Of a stretch of DNA of 64,000 bases, positions 24,127 to 36,237 are shown piece after piece. Position 1 is the stretch's first letter; each line of letters begins with the position of its first letter. Origin of the DNA: Plasmodiophora brassicae (taxonomy: Eukaryota); assembly GCA_036867785.1 (NCBI GenBank), contig CP145414.1, forward strand, positions 930,001-994,000, written 5' to 3'. The notes under the pieces were generated by a model, which did not search any database, was not told where the DNA came from, and saw only the letters and a list, made by a program, of their open reading frames with translations. Position numbers and translations under genes: made by a program.

Positions 24127-24858
24127 TTAGAATTCGAATCGTTTTACATTGGTCCGTTCGCCACTGGAGGATCGTTCTAGAGATGGTGCCTTGCGCTTCG
24201 CCCACGACCGTTTACAGGCGACGGTTTGTTTCCGCCAGAGTTTGCTGAGGACAGGATCGTGCATGGGGACGTAGTTGCTCGGGCTGCACACGGTCGGGTG
24301 CGTGTGGAAGAACTGACGATACCCGCCTTCCATGACGAACATTTGAGGGAATGTCAGCAGCGGGTAGATGTTCGCCGCGCGGTCCAGGGCGCGGAAGGCG
24401 GCGAACGATTTCGGGGCGCGCTGCTGGCTGAACTCGCAGTGGAACACGACGATAACGGGGCGTCTGGGTGAATGTCGGAGGTCTTCGTGCAGCTGTACAA
24501 GGGCTTCGAATGTGTTGACGGAGACCGCGCCAGGCAGGTGGCCGCCAGCGTGTTCGTAGTCGTACCGGCAGTCGACGATGAGGACGTCGTCGCGACCTTC
24601 GCTGATTAGGGCAGCGACGATATCGCAGGACACCAGAGGGATGGACCTCCCAGCAGCATCAACCGTTGGCAATGCCGGTTCGGCCAGTTCAGCAGGGCCA
24701 TCAACGGCGGCACCCGCGACGCATCGCACGTGACGTGTCGTCTCGACTGGTGACTCCACGCTGCCGTCGGGTGTGTCGGGCGAGATCCGATTCTTGACAC
24801 TGGCAAGAAACGAAGTCGTCGGGCGTGGCCCAGGTGTCCAGGGTGCAGGCGATGCCAT
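24127..24858 (-). CDS. CDC25: Cdc25 phosphatase, intronless, paralog 2
   Basis: IVDCRYDYEHAGGHLPGA, HCEFSQQRAPKSF, YPLLTFPQMFVMEGGY. Confidence 0.9.
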   Translation of the reverse strand: MASPAPWTPGPRPTTSFLASVKNRISPDTPDGSVESPVETTRHVRCVAGAAVDGPAELAEPALPTVDAAGRSIPLVSCDIVAALISEGRDDVLIVDCRYDYEHAGGHLPGAVSVNTFEALVQLHEDLRHSPRRPVIVVFHCEFSQQRAPKSFAAFRALDRAANIYPLLTFPQMFVMEGGYRQFFHTHPTVCSPSNYVPMHDPVLSKLWRKQTVACKRSWAKRKAPSLERSSSGERTNVKRFEF

Positions 24859-25267
24859 CGGCAGGTAGTAGTTGTTTTAATCGCCCGACAAGCGCGGTTG
24901 ATGATGGACAAACAATCAGGCACGACCTGGGGGAAGGTCGATGCTTATGAGAGTCCACCACTGCCGATAGCCCGCCTGTCTCACCCCTAGCGCTTGCGAT
25001 CGCGACGCTTGTCTGTGTGTCTGTGTGTACACTAGGACTAGAGGTGGGGTGAGGCTGGGCGTTGCAGCCCCAACTGTGTGCAGGCTGTAGTAGATTCGAA
25101 AATCAGCCTGTCACGTAGACTGAACGGCGACCTCAACTGGCAATCGACGGGCAGGCGGGAGCCTCCCTGGCTTACGGGCCAACGTGAGGGCATCAACGCC
25201 ATTCGCCTGGGCCACGCTGTTCTCTGCCGAACCATATCAGCGAGGACGTGGTTCCACAGCACTAGTT

Positions 25268-26018
25268 ATGCTGTTCCAGCGCGTCTTTGTCGCCACCCTT
25301 ATGGTGGCCGTCATTCCTGCGGTGCTCTCCCTAAAGGAGAACGCCGAAGCACGATGCTGCGGTGGCTGCTTCCCGTTTCGGCAACCGCGCTTTCGTTTCC
25401 GATCACCGTTCCGTTTTCTGCTGAAGAAACCTATGTCTGCCGATCCCAAGGCCGACGTGGCTGAGCGGACATTGAGCATTATGCTCGTCGGTGACAAAGG
25501 GGTTGGCAAGACGACGCTTGCACGACACCTGTCGACAGAAAATCGGTACTTCCCATCGGTGACGCCTACCATAGGGCGCGAATTCCATCTGGCCAAATAC
25601 CCAGATCTGGGGCTTGCCCTACACATTTGGTAGGGAGCTCGGTACCTAGTCGGAATCAAAGTGTCATTGACGGTATCGCGGTAGGGATACGTCCGGTAAC
25701 ATGCGGCACGCCGTTTTAATGCGGGACATTCTGCACCTTATCGACGCGTTCATTTTCGTCTATGACGTGAACCGTCCAGAAACTCGTATCGCGATTGGAC
25801 GATGGAAGAGCCGCATTCAAACACATCTCACCAACGTCACGAAACCGTCACGTCAGCCTGCCAGCTTTGTCATTGGAACAAAGAAAACGTATCCCCATGG
25901 CGAAAACCGTGACCTTCACGTTACGGTGCTTCTCCGGGACGCTTCCTCCGTCCAGATGACTGCGCGTACAGCATTCCGAACAATATCAGAGCACATTGCC
26001 TCCTCGCAGACGGCTTAG
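25268..26018 (+). CDS. Divergent Rab/Ras-like small GTPase with predicted signal peptide, one intron (~25630-25684)
   Basis: GDKGVGKTT, PTIGREF, IW|DTSGN, FIFVYDV; hydrophobic leader MLFQRVFVATLMVAVIPAVLS. Confidence 0.75.
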
Positions 26019-26302
26019 GAACTGCAAGTGGAGAATATTTGGCAGAATACAGGCGTCCCGTCGCGCAGATGGCGTGCCCTTACAGTTCCAGTAACGATAA
26101 ACTCTTGATCGTACAGACATGATTGGACGTCCCGCCTGACCTATCGTTGCATTATAACTGATACCAGTCCATTTCGGTCGGTGCACTTACACTGATCACG
26201 GTCAACGTAGAGTCCGGCGGACGCCGCGGCGGAGTCGATAAGTCGTCCGCAGTCTGCCACGGCATTCGTGCGCTGGCTGCATTCAGCGTTTGCGGCACCA
26301 CG

Positions 26303-28534
26303 ATGACGTCGCGTGTCGATGACTTCGGACGCATCATACCGGCGTCGCCGGATCGGTCCCGATCGCCGTCGTCGTCGCGATCGCAGAGTCCACCACGGCG
26401 TCGGCGAGGATCCCGGTCGCGGTCGCGGTCGCCTGCGAGGCGAACCGCTGCCCGCCGGTCCTTGTCGCCCAGGCGACGACGGGGTTTCTCGCCGCGACGG
26501 AGTAACTATCGTACCCGATCGCCACCTCGCCGTTCTTCAGCACGAGTTCCACTAGAGGGCCCACTTCTCACTTACAAACAGGTATGCCATGTGGGGAATA
26601 CGACGATGATCGTTACCTCATATATCGCCCGTAGTTCGCGGATATGCAGGGCGGTACTGTCAGCCAAGATGCCTACGCTCAGTACAAGGAAGACTTCATT
26701 CTACGACAAGACCGTAAGTTCTTTCATCAGTACAAAGACGAAGAATGGTTGCAGGTATTGCGTCCTTCACATGTGTACGTCTACTCGGCCTCTTATTTGA
26801 ACACTTTAGGAACGTTATCATCCGTTGGTCGTGCTTGAGCGCTCTGTGCGAGCAGTGGAGGCATCGTCGGTACGGCGTGACGCTTTCAAGAACGCTTTGT
26901 CGTCGGATCATCCGGAGAAGACGTTTCCCAGCCTGCTATACGATCTTAAGGAAGGGGAGACGTTAGACGGCGACATGCAGACGGAATCCAATGCGCAGAC
27001 GTTCTACGAAAATGCTTTATTCATTCGATCCATTCCTTCATCGCTTGCCCGCAGCGCCCTCCGCGATGCGTTCGCAGCGGCACCGGGCTTTGACCGAATT
27101 ATTCTCTCCGAACCCAATCGTCTTCGTGGTTTCTCCCGCTTCGGCTGGGCTTTCTTCCACTCGCAGGCTGACTGTGCCGCTGCTCTGAAAGAGCTGCAGG
27201 GCAAACCTGTCAACTCTTGGTACACGCTGTCCCTTGTGCCTAACTCGGTCATTGCGTGTGTGTAATGTTTGCCTATGCTGTAGCTGACGATCGATGAAAC
27301 AGGAGTCCAATCGGCAGCCGAAATTCGCGCCATCCATCGCACTGACTCCCGAACGCATCGCGACGGATCTGTCGCAGGCGACTCTTTTAGCGCACAAACT
27401 CGATGCGGAGGCTGGCTCGGAACCGTTTGACGTACGTATCCGCCTGACGAGGCGTTCGTATTCGCAACAGCTTCTCTGACGGTGGTGTCCAGTTCCCAGA
27501 AGTTTCGGGCTCTGAAACTTTGGACAATCTTCGCGCGTTGAACATTGTTCAGACATATTTACGTTTTGTGTACAATACCTGTTACTACTGCGCACTGTGC
27601 GGTACGTGGGGCCAGGCATTTCACTGTTTACGTTGTTGTGCTGACTGCGCCGCCAGCTATTGACGAGGAAGAGTTACGCTCTAAATGCCAGCTCGTCCAT
27701 CGTCGTGCCCCTCTTCCCTGTACGGATGGCGCGGCGCCTGTTGCAGGTACGGCTCGAAGCAATTGAATAACACCAGGTTGTACTAATCAGGACGTCAGTG
27801 GAACCACCTGCGGAAGCTCTTGAACAATGGGCGTCGGAACTTGATAAAAAGATCGGGGCCCGTATCATTGCGCCAGCGCCATCTCGCGATCCCGAAGTCA
27901 TTCGGCAGACGGCCCTGACGCCCTTTATTGATGCTCACGTAACCGCTTAGTCAGGGGACATTCTGCTCGAAGACTGAATATGCTATTCCAGACGTCTCAG
28001 GAATCCGAATCGAAATTCCGCTGTGGTCTGTGTGCCAAGCTTTTCCGGGGTGCCGAGTTCGTCGCCAAACACTTGAAGTTGAAGCATCCTAATGAATGCG
28101 AAGAAGAGATCATCAACCGCGTTCGTACGGCGTATTTCGAGGCGTTCCGAGCGGATCCGGATAGGCCCCAGCTGCCTCCGTCCACGGCTCACGCCGGGCA
28201 TCCTTCGCAGTATGGCGTTACGCTCTATAAGCCGGGTGGAATCGGAAGAGGATCTGCCCACCGTCGACACGGCTTCTACGATGACATTCGGGTATGTTGC
28301 GCGTTTGTTGGGATTGTCGACGATATTGCCTGACATCTGTTTCAGCCGGGAAGAGGTGCGCCGTCTGCTGAATACCCTGCCCCTGCGGCGCCCGTGCCAG
28401 ATCATTTGAAGCGCCGTCGAATGGTTTCCTACGCCGATCTGGATGCTCCTGTGTGGAGTCCGCCAAAGGAGAAGAAGCTGGACTATGGATTCGGTGGTGA
28501 CAATGGCGATGGCGACGCTATCATGAGCTCTTGA
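26303..28534 (+). CDS. SRRT: SERRATE/Ars2 RNA effector, multi-exon
   Basis: RS-rich N-terminus, LTYKQF, FFHQYKDEEW..ERYHP, RRM, KFRCGLCAKLFRGAEFVAKHLKLKH, VSYADLDAP. Confidence 0.92.
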
Positions 28535-28666
28535 TCTAGGTTTCGTCTTGGTGTATCGCCACGTTGTTCTAAGAATACAAAATGCTCAATGAATAGTTCC
28601 TGGGCAGGCGCCGTGTATTGGTTGCGATCGCGACACGGTTGTTCAGTGATAAGCAAACATGTGTGT

Positions 28667-29088
28667 TCACTCAGGGGTCTTCAGGAAGGCGATCAGGTCG
28701 GCACGCTCCTCCTTCTTCTTGAGACCGGCGAACACCATCTTCGTACCGGGAATGTACCTAACGACATGGTCAGACCAACAGAGCATTACTGATGTGACAG
28801 GCTTCGCGGACTTCTTCGGGTTCGTCAGGTACTTGTCAAGGTGGTCCTCGTTCCAGACGATTCCACTCTCCTTGTTGGCCTTCGTGTAGCTGTATCCTTC
28901 AGCAGTGCCAGCCGCACGGCCTATCAGGCCGTTCAGGTTGGGTCCCTGTTTGTGGGCACCACCGGCATCAACCGTGTGGCACGTGCTGCACTTCGTCTTG
29001 AAGATCTTACCAACCGGGCGGTTAAACGATAGTCGACGGCATATCATCCAGGACGGCCTACCTTGGCGCCCTTCTTTACGTCCCCCAT
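28667..29088 (-). CDS. CYC1: Cytochrome c, paralog 1 (2 introns)
   Basis: [41 protein letters not shown]. Confidence 0.96.
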
Positions 29089-29613
29089 CGTAGATCGTAA
29101 TGTGAACTCAGGATCGGTGGTCGTCTACCTGTGACGGTCGGCTTCAGTGGGACGCTAATCAAGGCATCCGACGGCTATGCACGCACACTATGCTGTTCAA
29201 GCCCCGCCACAAGACCAACAGCGATGCGCTCGATGCCACGCAAATTGGGCGTATGCCGCCGTAGAGCGCGCGCGCGCCCGATCCGATTTTTACTCAAGGT
29301 CGCCGCCAACAGGGTACGCCGTACGCCGTGCGGTATCACGTGGCAATTGACTTCTAACCCCGCGGTACCCCCGCGCGCACCACTACATTTATGCGCTCGC
29401 GACGTTCCTAATTCCAGAATCGCGATAAACGGTCATCGCGTGGCGATCGCCGTCTGATAGGAACCAGCATGGGGAACGTGTCGCTTTGGCGGGATGCTTG
29501 GCACGAACGAAATCGCGGTGCGAACGTAGGGAGCTTCGACATCGGATAGCAGAGAATGTGCGCGGAGTCCGTCGCGGACCTACCGAGTCATTCCGTGGCG
29601 ACTGGTGACCGCC

Positions 29614-30566
29614 ATGAGCAGGCCTGAACATCTGAACCCACCGGAGGTCTTCTACAATGAGGAGGAATCGAAGAAGTACGCTGCAAAGTACGGCCGTGCG
29701 CAGTCTATGTGCTCTTTGGATAGTTGCTGACGAAACCCTGTAGTACGCGAATGATCGAGATCCAATCAGCCATGACGGATCGTGCCATTGAGCTGTTGAA
29801 CCTTCCCGAGGACCGGTCGTTTTACATCCTGGATATTGGCTGTGGGTCGGGACTGTCAGGCGAAGTACTCAGCGCCCATGGTCATATGTGGGTCGGGTGC
29901 GACATTTCGCCATCCATGCTCAATGTCGCAGTGGCACGAGAGGTCAGCCGTCTTTCCGAAGAACTGGACAACCGTGCCTTAATCAGTACGCAGGTTGAAG
30001 GCGACTTGTTCCTGTCCGATATCGGCCAAGGGCTCTACTTCCGGCCTGCTAGCTTCGATGGTGCAATTTCTGTATCTGTGTTGCAGTGGTTGCTGAACGC
30101 CGATAAGCGCACACACAATCCGAAGCAGCGCTTGACCAAATTCTTCCAGTCCCTCTACAACTGCTTGAAGAGAGGCGCTCGTGCTGTTTTCCAGTTCTAT
30201 CCGGAATCGGGATCGGCGATTGAGATGATTTCGTCGAGCGCTCTGCAGTGTGGGTTTGGCGGCGGTGTTGTCGTCGATTACCCGAATAGTACAAAGGCGA
30301 AGAAGTACTTTCTCGTCCTGTTCGCGGGAATGCCGAATCCTGAAGATCTGCCCAAGGCACTGACTGGCGAGGAACCTGGTCACAACCGGAATAGCACGAT
30401 TCGATTTTCAGGGAACGGCGAATTGAGGATCCGGTCCAAGAAGAGAAAGAAAGGCGTCAAAGATCGCGAATGGATCCAAAAGAAGAAGCAGAGCATGAGG
30501 CGGAAGGGGATTCAGGTTGCTGCCGATTCCAAGTATACTGGGCGAAAGCGCAGGCGCGCACTCTAA
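29614..30566 (+). CDS. BUD23: 18S rRNA m7G methyltransferase Bud23/WBSCR22
   Basis: MSRPEHLNPPEVFYN, LDIGCGSGLSG, DYPNSTKAKKYFL, DSKYTGRKR. Confidence 0.95.
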
Positions 30567-30899
30567 ACCGTCAGCACAATTGGATACAATGCGACGCCCA
30601 GTGTCGGACTACCTACATTGGTAGTGCAGGAAAACTATGTAGGTAGCAGGTTACGATCGTGAACGATAACGAGCGATCAGGTTGCGAATGGCGTCGTTGT
30701 TTATGTGGCGAATACGTGTAAAACATTGGTAATCCCGTTCTCCTACTTGCTAGAACGATGGGGCGCCATCCCGTCGCGATTTGCGGTGTGGTGGCTACGC
30801 CTAAATATAGCACTGGCGGAGTTTTGCGAATTGACTGGGATTGCGGCCCGCGTTCCGAACCGTTCAAACCGGAGTCGTTGTCGGAGTGAGAGTGGCATC

Positions 30900-31323
30900 A
30901 TGGCTGGCGACGCGAAGAGGGGAGCAAAAGTACGTATCCCCGTCGTCAACCGCACTGGTTGCACGTCTGACGGAGTGTACAGATCTTCAAGACGAAGTGC
31001 AGTACGTGCCATACGGTGGCCACCGGTGATCCTCACAAACAGGGCCCGAACCTTCACGGCCTGATTGGCAGGACGGCCGGCACTGCCGAAGGGTACGCTT
31101 TCACGAAGGCCAACAGGGACAGCGGTATTGTCTGGAACGAAGAGCACCTTGACAAATATCTGACGAATCCCAAGAAATATATCGTATGTCCTCAGCCTGT
31201 GTCCATATCGTTATCACGGTTCTCATTATTTGATAGCCTGGCACGAAGATGGTGTTCGCCGGCCTCAAGAAGAAACAGGAACGCGAAGATCTGGTCGCAT
31301 TCTTGAAGAACCCAACGGCCTGA
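30900..31323 (+). CDS. Cytochrome c, paralog 2 (2 introns)
   Basis: [45 protein letters not shown]. Confidence 0.95.
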
Positions 31324-31505
31324 AACGAGTTTTCTCGCACCTCTGTTAATACACGTTGTATTCTCAGTTGAAACGCGTTCAAAGCGCCCATGAACTGATA
31401 GTGCATTGGCTGCAAATTAGGGACCGTGCACATGGACGACACTGGAAATGAGGGCACAGTAGCCGCGTAGAATGACGGTGTCGCCTACTCGACGACGAAC
31501 TGCTA

Positions 31506-33206
31506 TTAAGTCGGCGAGCACATGGACATTTTATGTCGGAGAACATTGAACAAATGGGATATTTGTCCAAGCACATGTGGGTCGCAGGCCCTGGAGTAGT
31601 CACCGTTCCACGAGAGGGTTCTTATCAGCAACGCCTTCTTCGTAGTTGCCAGGCACGATGGAAGGCAGGAGGGCAGGTTCTCGATCTGACGTCGGGCGTG
31701 TCGGAAACACGGAGACGTTTCGTCCTGTGCCGACCACGACGCCGCCCTGAATGGCATCGCACTGGGTGCTGTTATCCGTTTCCGCCCAGAAACATCCCGT
31801 ACACAGTCCCGTGTCGACATCGATTACGTAACCTGAACACAGTATCAGCTCGATACACTTGGTTAAGGCCTGTCAGGACAGACTCGATGCTGAGCAGAGT
31901 GCAACGATGCTTCCAGGTGGGGATGCAAGAAGACGAATGCAGGGTTCTGGCAGCTTGCAGACCTTGCTGACCGGCAAACGTGCGCTTGGCCGGTGCTGCT
32001 TCTCGCCCAGGTCGACACGGGAAACAGTCCCATCACGCCCGACGACAACCAACATCGTTGACCCCAGCGCACACACAGAGCTAACGGGGTTCGCACAGCA
32101 CGCTGTACGAACATCGAGAGACGTTACCGTATCGATGAGTGTCAGGCCAGAGTCGCAAGCGAAGACAGCGAGATCCCCGACGGTGATGCAGTGTCGAACC
32201 GGGCCACTGAAGACCCACGCGAATTGTTTCGTAACGCCACTAGGCCTGACTACGTATGACGACGCGGTCGCTCCGCCTTCATCCCACGTAACGAGGGCCG
32301 GATAACGGCTGCGGCCCGGGCTGTTGACGAAGCGAATATGCCCAGACGGTGAGCACGACGACACGACCTTGGGCGCAAGGGTTGCCGTCGACGATATGTC
32401 GATTAGCCCGGGAGCAGGGGTCGTTCCTGGATCCCATTATTCAGTTCTGGTGCTGTCAATATGCGACATTGAGCAGACGCAGTACCGTTTTCTGAGTCCC
32501 TGGCCTTCGCGTCAAGGTTGCTCATGTCGATGATGGACAGTGATAGCGGGTCGCCATCCCTGATCGCGATTAGTCTACCATCATCGCTCCGATCCTCAAT
32601 TACTGCAGCGGTCGACGTTAACTGGCTGGAACCAATTGCGAAACACGTCCAAGGCGTGCCTATATGGTGAATCTGTCAAAGGCGCCTTCCGCAAAGTCCA
32701 TGTGTCTCCAGACCCGGTGTACGGCTGAACTCGACAACGAAGAATGGAGAGGAAGGCCCATCCACGCCGGAGGTGGTCAATGCGACGCGATAGCGGGTAC
32801 CGTTTAGGGCACAAATGACAGCCATTGAAGTTATGGCAAGTGGCTCACCCGCAAATCGATCTGCCGTGCTGAGCATCGCAGATCCAGACTCCATCACGTG
32901 AACCGCTCCTGATCGGGTTCCAACAAATGCGATTCCAGATGCGTCGCGGGTGCTGGCAATGCACTGAACGGCATCACCGTCTGGCAGAATAGCAGATACG
33001 CATGGCTTCGTGGCGGGAGCATCGTCGGGTACGATTGTAATGGTGTCCACAGCGGCTGCCAGCGCCGTCGTTTGCAATAATGAACGTTTGCCCGCGACTT
33101 CAATTGCCGAATCAATGGTTTCGCGCGCGATCTCGACAATGATGGCGTACGGCATGGGCAGCGGGTCCAGGCGCACCTCGGGGTCGTCCCACACAAGGTC
33201 CACCAT
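31506..33206 (-). CDS. WDR93: WDR93 (CFAP297)-like beta-propeller protein, multi-exon
   Basis: N-terminal DPEVRLDPLPMPYAIIVEI resembles the WDR93 LD.LPQPY motif and is followed by beta-rich WD-like blades. The 3' end is approximate. Confidence 0.6.
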
Positions 33207-33439
33207 CGCAGGCAGTCTGGCCGCCCGTATCGCGCGGCCCCCAAACGCATGCGCCGCGTTTGTGCCCCTTGGCGAATGCTTACGTCTGCGGTCTGGTTAC
33301 GGTACCATTACTACGTCAGGAAGCTTCTACGGACCGCATGGCAATATATGGGCGGGGCGCCCTAGTAAAGGTGCCAGCGGTGTGCGTGAAGTCCGTCACG
33401 GCCTTCAGCGCGTTCATACCCGTCGATTACGTCGTTGCG

Positions 33440-33574
33440 ATGCGTGGCAAGTGGAAGTGCGTCCGAGGATCGTAGTTGCGGGCCGGGGCATGCGACTGAC
33501 ATGTTTGCTGCAGGAAGAAGCGCATGCGCCGTTTGAAGCGGAAGCGCCGACGCGCGAAGGCCAAGGCCCATTAA
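33440..33574 (+). CDS. RPL41: Ribosomal protein L41 (eL41), 25 aa, intron 33457-33513
   Basis: Spliced translation MRGKWKKKRMRRLKRKRRRAKAKAH*; GT..CTGAC..CAG intron. Confidence 0.92.
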
Positions 33575-33819
33575 GCGCGATGACGCGCGCAGCGCCTGAT
33601 GATGCCCGCACCTGACACGACGTGAACACCTGTCCATCATCAGCCTCTACAACGACTCACAGGATATTCCCAAGCCCATAAACGAACCACAGTTACTGGT
33701 TGACGTCTTATGCAGTGTACAACCTCAGATATTTGCCGGCAGATTTCAGGTTAGACCGAAGGTCGATGTACTGAATCGGAATCTGGCGAGACAACGCTGC
33801 TCGCTTGTGAGGTGCAGCA

Positions 33820-35924
33820 ATGATGGCCGTCCTTGACGCTGGGGCGGTGTTCTCCATCGTCTGGCTTGCCGTGTTCCTCCCGCCATTGGTCGTGGGCACC
33901 GTCTGGTTCTGGCTGAGAAAGGATTTGCAGCCGATCAAGGCGCGTTCCCCTAAACAGCTCGTGTTCGGCAACGTCGTCTTCATCGTGTTCATGGTTCGCT
34001 GTCGAGTAGTCAACAATGGTCCCATGGTTAACAACCGTCTGGGCTTAGGTGGTCCTCTGCATGCAGCGTGTATTCTGGAAGACCTACCCGTGCGTCCTAA
34101 ACCTGTGGCAAGGCTACCTGGGCCTCATCGCGATTGGTGGGTGGTGTGCCACTATTCGTGTGCGCCAGAAAGTTTATCTCTGAACGGGCAGGAAACATCT
34201 ACGCGGTTCGTGCATGGATGCTGTACTGCGCCTACACGGTCACCCAACTTCAAATACATCAAGACGACTCCTCTGCCAATGATGCCGTCCAGCGTCTTCG
34301 CCGATACCTGTCCAGCGAATTCATCATCAAAAGGGTCAGGTTCCGTCGCTGGCCTTGGTATAGCGGCCAGCTGACAGGAATGCCCAGGTTCTCCTCGCGT
34401 CGCTTCCGTTGCTGATCGCGCCGGCCGCTGCGACAGTGACAGTGCCTCACCTGGTGAACGGAGTCGGCAACTGCGACAGAGGGTTCGCCGACTACGTCCT
34501 CGCCGCGTTCTTTGGTGCATATCTGGCGCTGTTCCTATGGTCGGTCACCCGCTTCCGTCATGCAAGACGTCGGTTTCTCACGAGCCTGCGTAGGATCGCA
34601 TACAAGCTCCAGGACGTGTTTGACGGGTTCGGTATCAAGGCCGAACTGAAAACAGTTGGCTGGACTGGACTGGTTTCGTTGCCGACGTGGATGTTTTTCA
34701 ACACGGTTCACGTTTTGAAGGACTTCAACCAGAACGTCTTTCCCATTAGCACGTTTGGCATCCTGATCGCGATCATTATTGCATTCGTTCGCGGTATCTT
34801 CCAGGGGCTGTCCGTTGCATTCTCAGGCTAATGTCGCCCGGCAGGAACTGTGTGGCCTCTGCATCGCTCGTACGTCCTAAACGCAACCAAACGTGCTGGC
34901 AGTGAACGCGACCTGCCCACTGACCGGGATTCCCGCTCGCCCGACGCGTTGGCTGGAAAGACCGTCTCAACGTTGACATGCTTGCGGGACGTCCTCAGCT
35001 CGGATATTGGTATTGACGCTTTCAGGACCTTCTGTGCATCGGTACATGAGGTGTGTGACGATGCTCATTCCGTTACGTATGAGTGCGCCTCGTAGGAGTT
35101 TGCGGCTGAAAACATCCTGTTCTACGAAGCCGTTGATATGTACCGGGCGTCCTCGTCGAAGACAGCGTACGCGACAATGGCAGAGGTGGAGCTCGGCCTG
35201 CATCTCGGCGAGATACGGAACCGTGCCAGGCTGCTATACCAGAAGTACCTGGCACCTGATGCGCCACTGGAGATCAACCTGTCCTTCGAGGTTCTCCAAC
35301 GGACATTAAGAATGCTCGTGGCAATGCGTGTTATCAGTGCCGATGAAGCAAGAGTACCAATTAGAGCTGGTTTTATATTGTTATCGCTATCTGCTGAAGA
35401 TGCCGTGTCCAACAGGCGCAGCGGGCGTCACCTTCCGGGTTGTCCATGTCAGACACCAGTCACCTCATCGATCAACGGGTAAGCGATGCACAAATGACAG
35501 TGCGTTTGCGCTCATAACCTGCCGGCATGCACAGTCATCTGTCTTTACGCTGTCGCCATCATTGGCGACCTCAGTGGGTCTTCGGCCAACTCCAGGTCTG
35601 TTCTACTCGGTGGGCAATCGGAAGATGGGTGACGTGGTCACTGTAGTGGTTGAGAATGGCACGGCGCCTACGACCGCCGAAAGTGTTCGCGCAGAGATCG
35701 ACAACCTTCTACGTGTGTTCAACCTGGCCCAATCGGCCATATTTTCGTTGATGGAAACGGACACCTACGCCAGGTAGGGTGCTACTCTGGCCACCAAGCA
35801 ACCGGCCCTCTGATTGCCATGCCCCGTCAGGTTCACGTTTTCCGTCCAGTACCGTCAGCTGATGGCGAAACTGCACGTGCGGAACGAGCAGAACCAGCTC
35901 CTCAAGGAGATCAACGTCCTATGA
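33820..35924 (+). CDS. 7TM-RGS protein (1), multi-exon
   Basis: TM1 followed by QPIKARSP, further TM segments, DGFGIKAELK; RGS motifs AFRTFC..EFAAENILFY, YLAPDAPLEINLS, IFSLMETDTYARF. Confidence 0.85.
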
Positions 35925-36237
35925 TGATGCAGGGACGGACCGAGTCAACGGCACGCGCTGTTCTACTGTATTGCCGACTGTCATAATACGCCTCGAACGA
36001 AACGTTATCCTTCTTCGCACCGCGCATGGGATTCGCTGCCCCTCTGCGGCCACGGAATGCCATTGCGTTGCACAGGTGAACGTAGATTGTAGATTGTACA
36101 ATGTAGACCCATTCGGGGGGTAACGTAAGGGGCGCGTTCCCGCGGACTCGTCGACGGGCCCCGGAGTGAGTGCAGCTTGACGCGGGGCATTTTTGGTTGC
36201 GGGGAAGGAACGTGCTCGTTTAGGGACGGAACGATCC

